Positions 37,401 through 48,893 of a stretch of DNA of 64,000 nucleotides are shown here, piece by piece; positions within the stretch are counted from its first letter, which is position 1; the number at the start of each line of letters is the position of its first letter. The stretch lies in the NCBI GenBank assembly GCA_028534125.1, contig CM052818.1, positions 25,050,001-25,114,000 on the forward strand, written 5' to 3'. The notes under the pieces are model-generated. The model was not told the DNA's origin. It saw only the letters and a program-made list of their open reading frames with translations, and ran no database searches. Source of the stretch: Lama glama. Lineage: Eukaryota. The position numbers were made by a program, and so were the translations under genes.

Positions 37401-38535
37401 AAATGACATTTCCTTTGAAAAAGGCATAGAATTGGAATCTGCCTTTTGGAAAATGCTTCTTTTCAACTTTCAAATATAATTGTGATGTAATTGATCTAAT
37501 CTGCATTTCAAAGCTTCTAGAGCTGAGCTTACTACCAAAACTAAGCTGGAGCTCTCCTTTTATGGGTCAAAATAAAGAACAGTGTATTGAATTATTAGAT
37601 AAGCTTTTGTTCTTTTCTTCAAATATTTGCATGAATTATTCAGGCCTTATATGGATGGAGCTTTGAAATATTCAAATTCCTTGAAATATTTCATTATTTA
37701 AGGTTCATTCTTATTAAATCCTGGAGGATGTACCTTTCCTGTGAAAGTGCAGATTCGGTTCAATTATTATTTCTTCAGTGGAGAGGGTATACAGAGCAGA
37801 GTCTCAGGTGATGGAGGAGAGACAAAGAAAAGCAAGACAATCTTCAGAGATTTTACCCACAGAAGGAATACAATGCTATAAAATACTTGTAAACCACAAG
37901 CTATAGAGCTTATAAAGAGAAAGAGATACCTTCCAGTGGTGGGGCTAAAGGAAACACGTCAGCGAGAAGCTGGCATTTCAGATGGTCCCTGAAGGACCAA
38001 CAGGAGTTTCACAAGTAGGAGAGCCATGACACGAGACCTGCACTTGACTCACGCTCTCATTCTCATCCCTGAAACCCCTTTAGGATGTGATAACCCGTGC
38101 AGTCATCTTCCCAGCCACGATGCTAGCTCCTCTGGTCTAAACCATGATTGGGTCCCCCACCTGGCAAACACATTCTGACTGTCCCAGGAGCACACTTTCT
38201 GAGGGCCGTTCCTGCACTCCTTCCCCACAGAGACTCCCATGCTCAGCAATTCTAGGCGCACAGCAGCCCTGAAGAAGCAGTGCAGAGCAGCAATCATAAT
38301 CTCACCACAACTCCTAATTCACACCCATTCCTTCTCTCCCTTGAGTCCTGCTTAGTGAATGATGCAATCCGAAGCTGGAAACCTGGCCATGAATGTGGCC
38401 ATGTGACCCCACCCCCACATCCAGTGCTTCCACGATACCCCAAATGATAGTCCTTAACTTGGAGTGGAAAGCTTGTCTGTCCAGCCTCATTTATTTCCCA
38501 TCTCCCTGGCTCACAGTGACTCTTTGTAGACCCCA

Positions 38536-38580
38536 ACACGCACGCGCACGCGCACATGCACGCACACACACACACATACA
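38536..38580. repeat. (CA/CG)n alternating purine-pyrimidine microsatellite
   Basis: acacgcacgcgcacgcgcacatgcacgcacacacacacacataca. Confidence 0.9.
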
Positions 38581-39289
38581 AACAGGCATCACGTATTTTG
38601 TATCTGTTTTGCTTGAGCTTCCCCTTCTATCTGGAATACAAGCCTCTCTCCCCTGGGTTGTCAAAAGAGTTCATACTCATCCTTTATGTCTCAGCTTAAA
38701 TGAATTCTTTTCTTTTGATAGCTTCTTGCTCTTACTAATAGAACAATTTAGCCTTTCTGGACTGAATCCATTACTCAGATCGGCACAATACATCAGTCTT
38801 GATGTTTTGCCCATACAGCAAAGGATTCTTTCTCCTTATTGAGGGTAGGGGACAAGGGGGAAAACTGTGACTATAAGTTAAGTCTTTTTTTGAGGGGAGT
38901 GTCCAAAATCCTAAATTTTGGCACAAAACCATCAAAATATTGCCACATTTACCTACCTTGCTTTACTAGGAAAACACTGAAATGGTCTATAAGAGGAAAG
39001 ATGGGAGATCACAGAAGGTGCATGAACTGTGCAATGGCAAGAAAGAGGAAAATCAAGGAAAGAGAATCAATAGTATGTATAATTAACTGGCTCTGGAGAA
39101 AACTGTAGGAATGAAGGATGGGTATGATTTTGACCATTAGAAACTAGGAGAAGGATGGTATCTTAGATGGAATTTGGAAGGTTCAAAAAGGGGAGGAACT
39201 TTGATGGAACAGCAGGATATCAAGCGGAACTACCACAGGCAGATGGACAGCTATAGAACTCAGGTGGAAAAAGTCCTGGACGAAAGATA

Positions 39290-39720
39290 GGGACTCATTT
39301 TAGAGATTGACTGAAGACATGAGAAAGTGTACAATTAAAGGAAAGAGAGGGTAAAACCAGAGGACAAAGGCCTCGGCCTTGTGGGATATCTATGGTTACA
39401 AAATGGGAGGAGGAAGTGAAAGCAGTTTAAAAAAAAAAAAAAAGGAAGAGTCAGAAGAGGTAGTGAACCAGGACTGTGGAACATCACAGTAGCCAAAGGC
39501 AGAGAGGAGTGAAAGGAAGCGTGGTCAATAGTGTTGGACGCTGCAGAGTGAAGGAAAATGAGAACTGAAGGAAAAAGCTGCTTCATTTGGTGTTTGGGAA
39601 ATGACAGTGGTGACCTCAGAGACAGCAGTTTCCAAGAGAATGGTGGGAGGAGAGGAAGCTAGATCCCGAGTAGTAGAGAATAAATAAGAATAGATGGACA
39701 GCCAAGACGGTGCTTTGGGG
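39290..39720 (-). mobile_element. L2 ORF2-region fragment
   Basis: gtggtcaatagtgttggacgctgcagag..atgagaactgaag..tggtgacctcagagacagcagtttc. Confidence 0.75.
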
Positions 39721-40397
39721 ACAGTCTCGTCCCAAAATGATAGTGATAACAGATGAAACAAAAAATAGGAGAGATGTCAGGCATATTCATGCTCAAAAAC
39801 ACCTCCGTTGCTCAGAAATGGATAGGAAATAATACAATGAGTGACCCAGAGCTGTTGACCTACTGGATTCAGCCAAAAGCAAACCAAGGTATTCAGAAGC
39901 TGGACTCATATAGGGTATTAGGGGCTAAACATCTCCCATGTGAGGCACTGGAAATCAAGGGCCAGATCAGGCTACCCCCTTGAAAGGAGCTGTCTAGGGC
40001 TTGTAGCCTAGAACTACAGGCTTATGCAAATAACATACCCAGGGAGGGTGGAAGAATCAGGCACACTCTTACAGCCAGAATCTGACTCTGGAAAAGGGAA
40101 TGGATCTACAGTACTGTAGGATAAGACCGAGGTCTGGCCTGGGAATCGCAGAAACTAGACGGAAAAACCACAAAACTACTAAACAGGAAAGGCTGCGTTT
40201 GGAAGGACATAGGAAGGAAGGGAAGCAGGGAGGAAGGGTGGGAGGGAGGAAACTAATGCTAAGAAAGAGAGCTAAAAGTAGAAGCAACAACATGGAGAAT
40301 TCACACCGGACAGAAAATGGAAGGAAAGATTCTAAGACCAAAGAGAAGAAATCAGAGATTACAGTGTTGAAAATATTGAAAGAGGTTTAAATACAGT

Positions 40398-40908
40398 AGA
40401 GCGGACAGCTCTTGTTTTTTTTTCTCTACCCAGCTCCATTTCCCCCCCTTGACAACAGCATTTCAATTTTCCTTAGAGAACCAGACTTACTCTGTCTTTA
40501 CGCAAATGATTGGTTCAGAGATGAGCATGTGACCAAATCATGGAATCCAAACCACCCCAGGTTTTTCACAGGTAGCAACAGCTAAACATTAAAAAGGGAG
40601 TTCTGGGTATTGCTGAGAGAATAGGATATAAGCCTGGGGCTTCTGGCAGCCGTCTTCTCACCACACATGGAGATCCTATCTAGAAGTGGAGCCAAGACAG
40701 AAGGAAGTCCACCGGAGGGACTGAGAAAGCAAGACCAAGATTTAATGATATTGTTTGATACCCCAGATCCAAGATTCAATGATATGGTTTGATACCTCAG
40801 ATCGAATCATAATTGCTTCTTATTTGTTAATTGAGCCCAGAAGTTTCCCTTTTTTTTGATAAGTTAATTTGAATTAGGTTTCTGTTATTCTTAAAGAGTC
40901 CTGACACA
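40398..40908 (+). mobile_element. MLT1K-like MaLR LTR with internal 34-bp tandem duplication
   Basis: tgattggttcagagatgagcatgtgacc..ggcagccgtctt..atgatattgtttga..tttgaattaggtttctgtta..aaagagtcctgac. Confidence 0.75.
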
Positions 40909-42600
40909 ACAGAAATGAAGAGACATAGCTGTTTCTATTTTTAGGTAACATGATCAGTTATCTAGAAAATCCAAGAAAATCAACTGAAAACCAACTAGAA
41001 CCAATGATGCAAGGTCAATATGAAAAAAAAAATCAATAAACCAATTATTTTAAAAATAGGAACTATTATAGGGAGAAAAAAATAGGTTGGATTCACAATA
41101 GTAGCAAAAACTAGAAAATAGCCACTCAAAAAACTAAAAAGATATGGGCAAGAACTACAAGAAAAAGCTGTAAAACCTACACGAAGACCTGAGTAGGAGG
41201 ACTCAATATTGTCAAGATAACAACTGTCCTCAAATTATCTATAAATTCAATATATTTCCAATCAAACAAAAATTGATCAATAGCTCAATGGAAAAAGCCC
41301 AGAAATGAGCCCATGTTTAACAGGAATTTAGTATGTTATAAAGGCAGTATTTCAAAACAATAAGGGAAAGAATGGAGTTCTCAAAAAATGATGTTAAAAC
41401 AATTGTCTATTATTAAAAAAAAATTAAATTACTTTTTTTACCTCTATTAGAATAAACTCTAGATACATTTGGGTGAAAAAACAAAGATATTATCAAGCTA
41501 TTAAAAGAAAATATATAGAAGATCATGTTTCTGATCTTCGGGGTGGGAAATGTCTCCAGAAACAATATAAAAAATCCAAAAGCCATAAAGAAAATAAATG
41601 AAAAAGATTAAGAAATTTCACTTTATCAAAATTTTAAATCTGTTCAACAACAAAAAAAACTATAAATGAGATTAAAATTCCAAGGATAGACTGGGTAAGA
41701 ACATTGTAACATACATAGCAAAGGACTTGCTGTTATACAGCCTCAAAAAAAAAAAGACAAACAAAAGAGAAAACTGGACAAAAAATATGAACATTCTGTT
41801 CACAAAAGAAGAAACATGAATGGCAAACATGTGAAAACATTTTAGGGGCAAATGCAAATAAAAACACGGGGTTACCATTTTCCACATTTAATTGGCAATA
41901 AATAAGAAAGATTGATTTCAAGTGTTGACAAGCATGCTGGAAAGGAGGCGCTATCTTAAACCCCTGCGGGGCATAAACTGGGCAAGCCTTTCTGGAGAAC
42001 AAACTGGGCAGTGGTGTTTCCAGCTTCAGACGCATTTATCCTTTGACCCCGCAATCTCACACCTTGGTATCCACTCTAGATACTTGCATGTGTGCAAAAA
42101 GGAAAGTGGTAAGAGGCTGTTCACTGAAGTATTATCAGTAGTAATAAAAACCTACAGCAGCCTAAATGATCCTCAGAAGAGGGCCAGTTTAACAGTGATG
42201 CATCTGAGTTATGTAAGAACATGCAGCAGTTAAAAAGAATTAGAACACACTGACGCAGAAAAATCTCTACCAGACATGGCTAAATTGAAAAAAAAAAAAA
42301 AAAAGGAGGTTGGAGAACAATCCACACTATTTGCCACCAGGTCAAAGCAAACCTCCCTCTCTCTTTAAATCTCTGTGTGTGTTTGTGTCTGTATACAAAC
42401 ACATATGTATATAAATGTATAATATACATGTAAGTAATATAGATATTTAAACATCTAAAAAGATGAAAAGATACACTCCAAAGTGAAATCTGTGTTGGCC
42501 AGAAGTAGGAACCTGAAATGGAGGTAGGAGGAGGGGTAGAAAGAAAATTTTTTATTTACCTGTAGTGTATGATTTTTTTTCAAGATCCCTTGCAACTTTA
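40909..42600 (+). mobile_element. Degenerate L1ME-like ORF2 (RT to C-terminus) plus 3'UTR
   Basis: ctatttttaggtaacatgatcagttatctagaaaatcca is a decayed LFADDMIVYLENP; actcaatattgtcaagat; tttgaccccgcaatctcacacct. Confidence 0.85.
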
Positions 42601-42689
42601 TGAATGTAGGTCTTCACTGTTTAGGAAAAGAACCCCCACCTTCTAACGGCCTCCCAGCATCAGGCATCTGCGCCCCTGCACTATGTTCC

Positions 42690-42910
42690 AGACTAGCTGC
42701 ATTCCTGGTGAAGCCATGACTCAGCCCAGGGCGCCCCAGGCCAGGCTGGGACACAGTGATTCTGTTCTTCTGTTCTGGGTCAACATTCACCCAGATGGAC
42801 CATGGGCAAATCAGTTTCACTTCCTTTCTCACCACCAGCTCGGTTTGGAAGCAGTTACCTTATAAGGGGGCGAGAACAAGGGAGCAAGCACATGGCTACT
42901 CTATATAGGC
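42690..42910. promoter_or_regulatory. Candidate enhancer: TEAD, AP-1/ARE, EICE and CArG cluster
   Basis: GCATTCC 42699-42705, ATGACTCAGC 42716-42725, TTTCACTTCC 42815-42824, CCTTATAAGG 42858-42867, near-CArG TCTATATAGG 42900-42909. Confidence 0.45.
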
Positions 42911-43275
42911 TGCCTCCTCCCACACTCTCGGTGCCTCTGGTAACCAGCCAAACCCGCCTTGGCAGTGGGAAGGTGGAGATTTCAGGGGAAATGCTTGTGG
43001 ACTTTGTGCACTGCTCAAAGCAAAAGGGCAAGCTGAGAATACCATCACTGGAAATTTTTTAGTGCAGTCAAGTGTTCCTGGCCCATCTGGCAGACTACGC
43101 AGTTTTTCTTGCACTCTTTTTGGTGACTGTCGGCCAGACAAAGTGGCCCTTCACCATGAATGTAGCCCTGGAGAGATGATTGATAGACCATAAAGACAGA
43201 TCAGACTGGGAAAGGGAACCCAGATGCCATGAACAATCTTCTTTGGAGAATGCCACAAATAAAAACCTTACTTAC

Positions 43276-43289
43276 CAGTCAACGGCATC
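43276..43289 (-). other. Candidate 14-nt microexon
   Basis: minus strand gctgacttcctctccttttAG|gatgccgttgactg|GTAAGTaag. Confidence 0.35.
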
Positions 43290-43982
43290 CTAAAAGGAGA
43301 GGAAGTCAGCATGTGTAAAACAGCTGTGTCAATTATACACAATTACACAGCTTCCAGGGTACAACTAACCACACCATGCTGCTTCCTAAACACTGGAGTC
43401 CCTTCTCCGTTCTCCTCATCCACCCCAAAATCATCTAAAACCACCTTATACCAATTACCAAACTAGGGGAAAGGCAAACCACTCTGGGAAGGGAAAAAAT
43501 AGCAGCAGCTCTAGATTATCTTTTTCAGAGTTTGGCTAGGATTGTTGAAGTTATTTGTCATTTTCCTTTCTTCTTGGCTGCCTTGACAGCCCTTCAGGAT
43601 TTCAGCTGGTTCCAAGCACTGCCCAATAAAGATCATTCCAGAGAAGTTTCATATTCCTGAGATTCCTTGCATTTCTCTTTCTTTAACTTAGGAAATTAGG
43701 TTGAAAGAGATGAGAAACAGCCCAGATTGCACCATTTCCTATGCAAGGTTCTTGCAAAGCAAGCTGTGCCTCCTTTTCCAATGAGAACAGAGAGAGGCAG
43801 ATCTGATTGGGAGGTGGGCGGTGGGGGCCTTTGGAGCAGCAGTAGGACTATTTGTCTTTTGAAGAGGCCCCAGCAGGCCCAAAGGCTGTTTGAAAACTTT
43901 TTGTAAAGGAGAGGAAGGAAAAACAAAAAAGCAGACTTTTGTGTCCTCAGCCTTTGAAAAAGCCAGTGACTGCGCTGTGGAC

Positions 43983-44095
43983 TTCATTCATTCACCAGAC
44001 GTTTATCTTGCACCTATGCGATGCCAGGCTCTGTTCCAGATGCTGAGGGTAGAAGGATGAAGACAACCAGGTGTCTGATCCCTGCAGGGAGTTGC
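43983..44095 (-). mobile_element. L2 3' end
   Basis: ttcattcattcaccagacgtttat..gcacctatgcgatgccaggctctgttc..gatgctgagg. Confidence 0.8.
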
Positions 44096-44732
44096 TGTGC
44101 GGATGGGGGTGGGGGCTGATCTCCAAAGAGAGCTTCGGGAAGCCCTTTCCCCTGTTTCCCCCGAGCTGGGTGCATGCCAGTCCCTCCCTCCTTTGGGCTC
44201 TCGAGTCTCTTCCTTCTCCTGCGTCCTTGGTTTATTATTCCCTTCACCTTTCCCCTTTATAATCACATGTCCCTTTGTAAACATCAAAGCAGAACCAGGG
44301 AGCTGATGAAAATGAAGCCTGTGACTCATAAGAGGATGTTTTTCTCTTCTTCATTTATATAACTCTCTTCCCAGGAGGACCTTTTCATTATGAGACTAGC
44401 TTGCCTCCTCCTTTTTATAGATTCCTCATTTGGGTTCTGATTATCCAAATCTACTCTCAATCTTCCACTGGTGTTACAACCCATCTACTACTTGTCTGAG
44501 CCCTCAGAGTAGCTTGGCAATCATTAATTGTTTCCCTATGCAGCTTTTTGTTGGTTGGTTTTTCATCTTTCATTTAGACTACCCCCCAAATCTCCATACT
44601 CTTCAGAGTTTCCTACCCACATGCCAGCCCAACCTCCCCCCTCGCCCAGGAAGCCTCAATAGACGACAGTGCCCATACTTCACAGAGAACACAGAAAACA
44701 TCAGAAAAACAATCCCTCCATTTCTGGTCACC

Positions 44733-45069
44733 TGCTAAAGACTGAATGTTTGTGTCTCCCTCCCCCAAATTCACATGCTGAAATTTAAACCCCAATGTGA
44801 TGGTGTTTGGAGGTAGGGTCTTCCGGAGGTGATTAGATCATGAGTGGGCTTCGAATCCTTCTAAAAGAGGCCCCAGAGAACTCTCCAGCCCCTTTCCCCT
44901 TGTGGGGACACAGTGAGAACCAGGAAGTGGGCTCTCACCAGACACCAAATGCACTGGCACCTCGAGCTTAGACTTCCCAACTTCCAGAACTGTGAGAAGT
45001 AAATTTCTGTTGTTTATAATCCACCCAGTCTATGGTTTTCTGTTACAGCAGTCTGAAAGGACTGAGACA
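44733..45069 (+). mobile_element. MLT1A0-like solo LTR, apparently inserted in an L2 fragment
   Basis: tgctaaagactgaatgtttgtgtc..ccaaattcacatgctgaaa..ccagaactgtgagaagtaaatttctgttgtttataa..gactgagaca. Confidence 0.9.
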
Positions 45070-45384
45070 CCAATTCTGAAGTTATCTGCACCTGCACACA
45101 TTTCTACCCCTGCACAAAGGAAGGGTGTCCTGTCATTTAAGGCAAGCTCCTGCACCAAAGCTTTGAATCCACCCCATTTAACCTTCTCAGGTAGAGCAGT
45201 CCGTCAGTTAACCCTTCTTCACCTTCCCCTGCATCCCTTTCCCTCTGCTGGATCCTTTCCTCCAGGCTAATACAAAACCCCTAGCATTTCCTCATATGAA
45301 CTACCTGCTAAAACTGGTCCAGAAATTCAGCCAGGGATGAACAATAATAATACAAAAAAGAACCACGACAGGATCTACATAAAG

Positions 45385-45670
45385 ATATTATTAATTGACT
45401 GTTGGATCTTTTGAAATTATCCTTTATGTCTGTCACCTTTTTATATTCTACTTTCTGGGATATTTTATCAATTCTGTCTTCTAATCCTTCCTGTGAAATT
45501 TTTACTTTGTCAATCATACTTTTCATTCCCAAGACTTTCTCATATTTCTTTTTATAGCATTCTTGCTCTTATTTTAGGTAGGTAATATCATCTCAAATCT
45601 CTGAAAATGCTAATTAGACTGCTGGGGTTTAAAAAAAATAAATTTACTTCTGTTTCTTAAATTATTTCTC
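45385..45670 (-). mobile_element. HAL1 / L1-ORF1-like fragment
   Basis: ORF 45308-45532(-) reads EGLEDRIDKISQKVE..DNFKRSNSQLI, resembling the L1/HAL1 ORF1 coiled coil leading into the R(R)SNI motif. Confidence 0.7.
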
Positions 45671-46193
45671 TGTCAGCCTTGTGGGATCCTTGTCATCACT
45701 ATGCGTATACTGATGAGTACATGCATTATATTGCTACTCCAGGTCACACTCCTGAACTCCAGATATATATCTTCAGTTGACTAATGAATGTTTCTACTTT
45801 GACATGAGCTAAAGACACCTCAAACTAAACTCATATTTTCCTCCAAATGTGTGTTTTCTTTTGTCTCACTAAATGGAACTACCATCCACTCAGTTACCCA
45901 AGTGAGAAATCTAGGAGTAATTCTTGACTGGCTCTATTTTTCCTCAGCTATATCCTAGTGGTTCTGTCTCTTTAATATCACTCAGTGCTGTTGTAATGTT
46001 TTCTACTTTGTTGAAGAAACATAGGTGGTGTAACTCCTGGCATCTCTTCTTGCACTTAACCACTCTGTCTCAGGGAAGGTGGAGTAACCCATGATTTATC
46101 TGGCATGTTAGTTCTGAGCCACCCTTCATCCTCTTGGCTGCTAGTTAGAGGGGACAGACATTGGAATCCTCCAGGTATAGGATTCCCCAGAGG

Positions 46194-46687
46194 TGTCACA
46201 GGTTTGGTTCCCTGGGAAACAGGTTCTGAGATAGAATTAATGTGCAGGGGTTTATTAGGGAGTGCTCTTGGAATCAAGACTTGGAGAAGGGAAGGAAAAA
46301 ACAGGAAGGGAAAGAAAAGGATAGGAAGGGAAGAATAGGAACAGAAAGGGAAGAGAAGGGAGGAAGCCTGGGCAAAGGGAGAAGTTGAACTGAGATTCAG
46401 TCTCAATAAAGGACCAAGCGGACACTGGGGGAGCTCCAAAATTGGGATGATGTTCAGAGATGTCTCAAATTGGGGCTAGGGGGGGTCAAAGCTTTATATT
46501 CCTCATTGATCAGTTATTGGATGCTGGTCACCTAAAAGGAAGACATAACTGTGAGCCAGTGGTTCTTTTCTGCCAAGGCCATCCCTAAAGAGGGCTGCTA
46601 GCTGAGGGCACTAGCAGCACTCCCAGCAGCCAGGGGAATTTATTTCTGAAGCTGAGTCTAGGTGGCGCACCTCAGCATTCACCTAGA
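46194..46687 (-). mobile_element. LTR16A-like ERVL LTR
   Basis: ggttccctgggaaacag..tctgagatag..gtgcaggggtttattagggagtgctctt..gggagaagttgaactg..cagttattggatg..gcagcactcccagcagc. Confidence 0.8.
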
Positions 46688-46860
46688 GAGGCCTGCCCTA
46701 TCCTGGGGGTTTACTTAGTATCTCACTTGGCTCACACTGAGCTAAGGCCTCTGTCTTAACTTTTTTCAGCAATAAATGGCTGAAGAGTCCATCTACCAAT
46801 TCTTTGTTTTATTGCTTAATTTCCTCAGAGCCCTAGGCTGAAACAAGGGATGCTATTCAT

Positions 46861-46995
46861 TTATTGTTCTTTGGTGGGGGGGGGGTTAGGTTTATTTACT
46901 TAAAAGGAATTTTTTTAATGAATGTACCAGGGATTGAACCCAGGATGTAGTATAAGCTAAGCATGCACTCTACCACTTGAGCTATAACCTCCCCC
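46861..46995 (-). mobile_element. Vic-1-like SINE
   Basis: gggattgaacccagga..gctaagcatgcactctaccacttgagctataacctccccc. Confidence 0.9.
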
Positions 46996-47039
46996 ACAAA
47001 AAGACACCATTTAAACCTAAGACACTTCTCTGTAGCCTT

Positions 47040-47540
47040 TCTGCCACTCACCAGAATAAGGCCATCCTCAAGTCCTTCCTAGACTACAGCTGTTTCCTAT
47101 CTGGCTGTCCCATCTCCATTACCACCTCTCTTCATTTTTTCTCCACACTTTAGCCTAAGGGAGATTCCGAAAGCACAAATCTGATCAGCTCCCTCCTGGC
47201 TTTCCTCTGGCCCTCAGAGATAAGGCCTAACCTTCTTAACAGGATTGAGAAGGCCAGCGAGATTGGGTTTGAGCTCCCTTGTCTGGTCTGATTCTCTTAA
47301 CACTTAACCCTTATCCCTCAGCTCTGCACTTGATGTTCCAGTATGAGAAAAGTACTTGCCGTCTCCACCAGCAACCCAATGGTTTCTTGACTCTGTACTT
47401 TTAAAATAATTCCTCAGATTAAAATGTATTGAACTCTTCCCTTGTCCATCTCACTGACTTGAATGTGAGCATCTTAGGAGCAGAGATATTCCCCTGTTCT
47501 TATACTACGCACTTAACAAATATTAAATGAACGCATGAAT
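47040..47540 (+). mobile_element. L2 fragment(s)
   Basis: cctagactac..aagcacaaatctgatca..gaatgtgagcatct..aacaaatattaaatgaacgcatgaat. Confidence 0.65.
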
Positions 47541-48434
47541 ATATCTGGAAAGGATTTATGGGCTGTTGCATGCTTATTTATTAGCCAGGACCACTAAACA
47601 TGGAAAAACGTTCAACCTTACTATTAAAAAGGCACTCTGAAACACGGAGGTACAATTTTCCACTTAGAAATTGGCAGAGCTACTAACAATAACATTTGAG
47701 GCTAGTAAGGGTGTGGTGAAATGGGCACCCTGATACACTGCGAGTATCAGAAAAGCATTCTGGCAATATGCAAAATATCTTAAAATGCTTAATTCTTGTA
47801 CTCTAATAACTGCACATCTAGAAATCTACCCTATCTAACCAGAGATAGAGGTAAAATTTAGGTGCAAAGGTGTTCATTATATGCTTTTCTATTATACTCG
47901 TACTCTTAAATTGTCTATATGTGGTAAATTGGGTATGTTTTAATTTAAAAATCAGCAAAATGTTTGTAAAATGCTGAGAGGGTTAGAGCCAGCCTCCAGG
48001 ACAGACCAGTGATTCCTGCTTCCTCGTATTCACAGCATGTGTAGTTCCCTCTCATACTGTTCCAGAGTTGATCTGTGTGACCAAGAGAATGTGGCAGAAG
48101 TGATGGCACCCAACTTTCAAGGTAAGGTTATCAAAGACTCGATAGCATCCGAGGCAGTCTTTCTCTCAGATCACAAGCTCTTGGGGAAAGCCAACTGCCA
48201 TGTCATCAGGGAATTCTATGGAGAGATCCACATGGCCAGACACAGAGGCCTCTTGATAAACACCACACGAGTAAGCTCGGAAGTAGATCCTCCAGTCCAA
48301 GCCAAGCCTTCAGAAGACTACAGACCCAGTGACACCCTGAGCCGGAACCACACAGGTAATCTCCTCCGGGATTCCTGGTCTAGAGAAACTATGAGCTAAC
48401 AAAGGTTTATTGTTTCAAGTTGCTAAATTTTGAG

Positions 48435-48546
48435 TAGGATGATCAACTATCTACATTTTACCAGGACTGAGGGGTTTCCTGGGACATGGGACTTTCAATG
48501 CTAAAACCAAGGAAGTCCTAGGCAAATCGGATAGTTGGTTACACTA
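48435..48546. mobile_element. MER81-like hAT-Blackjack MITE
   Basis: TIRs taggatgatcaact / agttggttacacta; internal ggactgaggggtttcctgggacatgggactttcaatgctaaaacc. Confidence 0.85.
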
Positions 48547-48549
48547 GAA

Positions 48550-48893
48550 TTTTAAAATATAGCTTTATTCAGATATAATTCACATACCATAATGTTTGCC
48601 TATTAAAAGTTCAATGGTTTTGGCAGGGAGGGTATAGCTCAGTGGTAGTGCATTCAAGAGGTCCTGGGTTCAATCCCCAGTACCTCCATTAAATAAATAA
48701 ATACCTAGTCAACCCTCCCCAAGAAAAAGTTCAATGCTTTTAGTATACTCAGAGTTGGGCAACCATCACCACAACCCAATTTTAGAGCAAAGAAATCCTG
48801 AAAAAAGAAAAAAATCCTGTATTCTTTAGCTATCATCCGGAGTCTCCTCACTCCCTCTAGCCCTAGGCAACCACTACAACTTTCTGTCTCTAG
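48550..48893 (-). mobile_element. L1MB-like 3' end
   Basis: agctttattcagatataattcacataccata..ttcaatg..tttagtata..caaccatcaccaca..ccctaggcaaccact..ctttctgtctcta. Confidence 0.85.
48622..48724 (+). mobile_element. Vic-1-like SINE with internal deletion
   Basis: gggagggtatagctcagtggtag..gaggtcctgggttcaatccccagtacctcc; TSD aaaagttcaatggtttt (48605-48621) / aaaagttcaatgctttt (48725-48741). Confidence 0.9.

Noticed and set aside
37405..37460. Imperfect hairpin aaaaggca..tgcctttt as a pre-miRNA
   Set aside because: Stem too short and bulged; expected by chance in AT-rich DNA.
38393..38842. Longest ORF (149 aa)
   Set aside because: Runs through a (CA/CG)n microsatellite and an L2 remnant; the composition is not protein-like.
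42640..43150. CpG island or promoter
   Set aside because: Only a modest local CpG increase; by eye it is well below island density.
48037..48399. 120-aa ORF
   Set aside because: Lies entirely within the MLT1F-like LTR; a chance frame.
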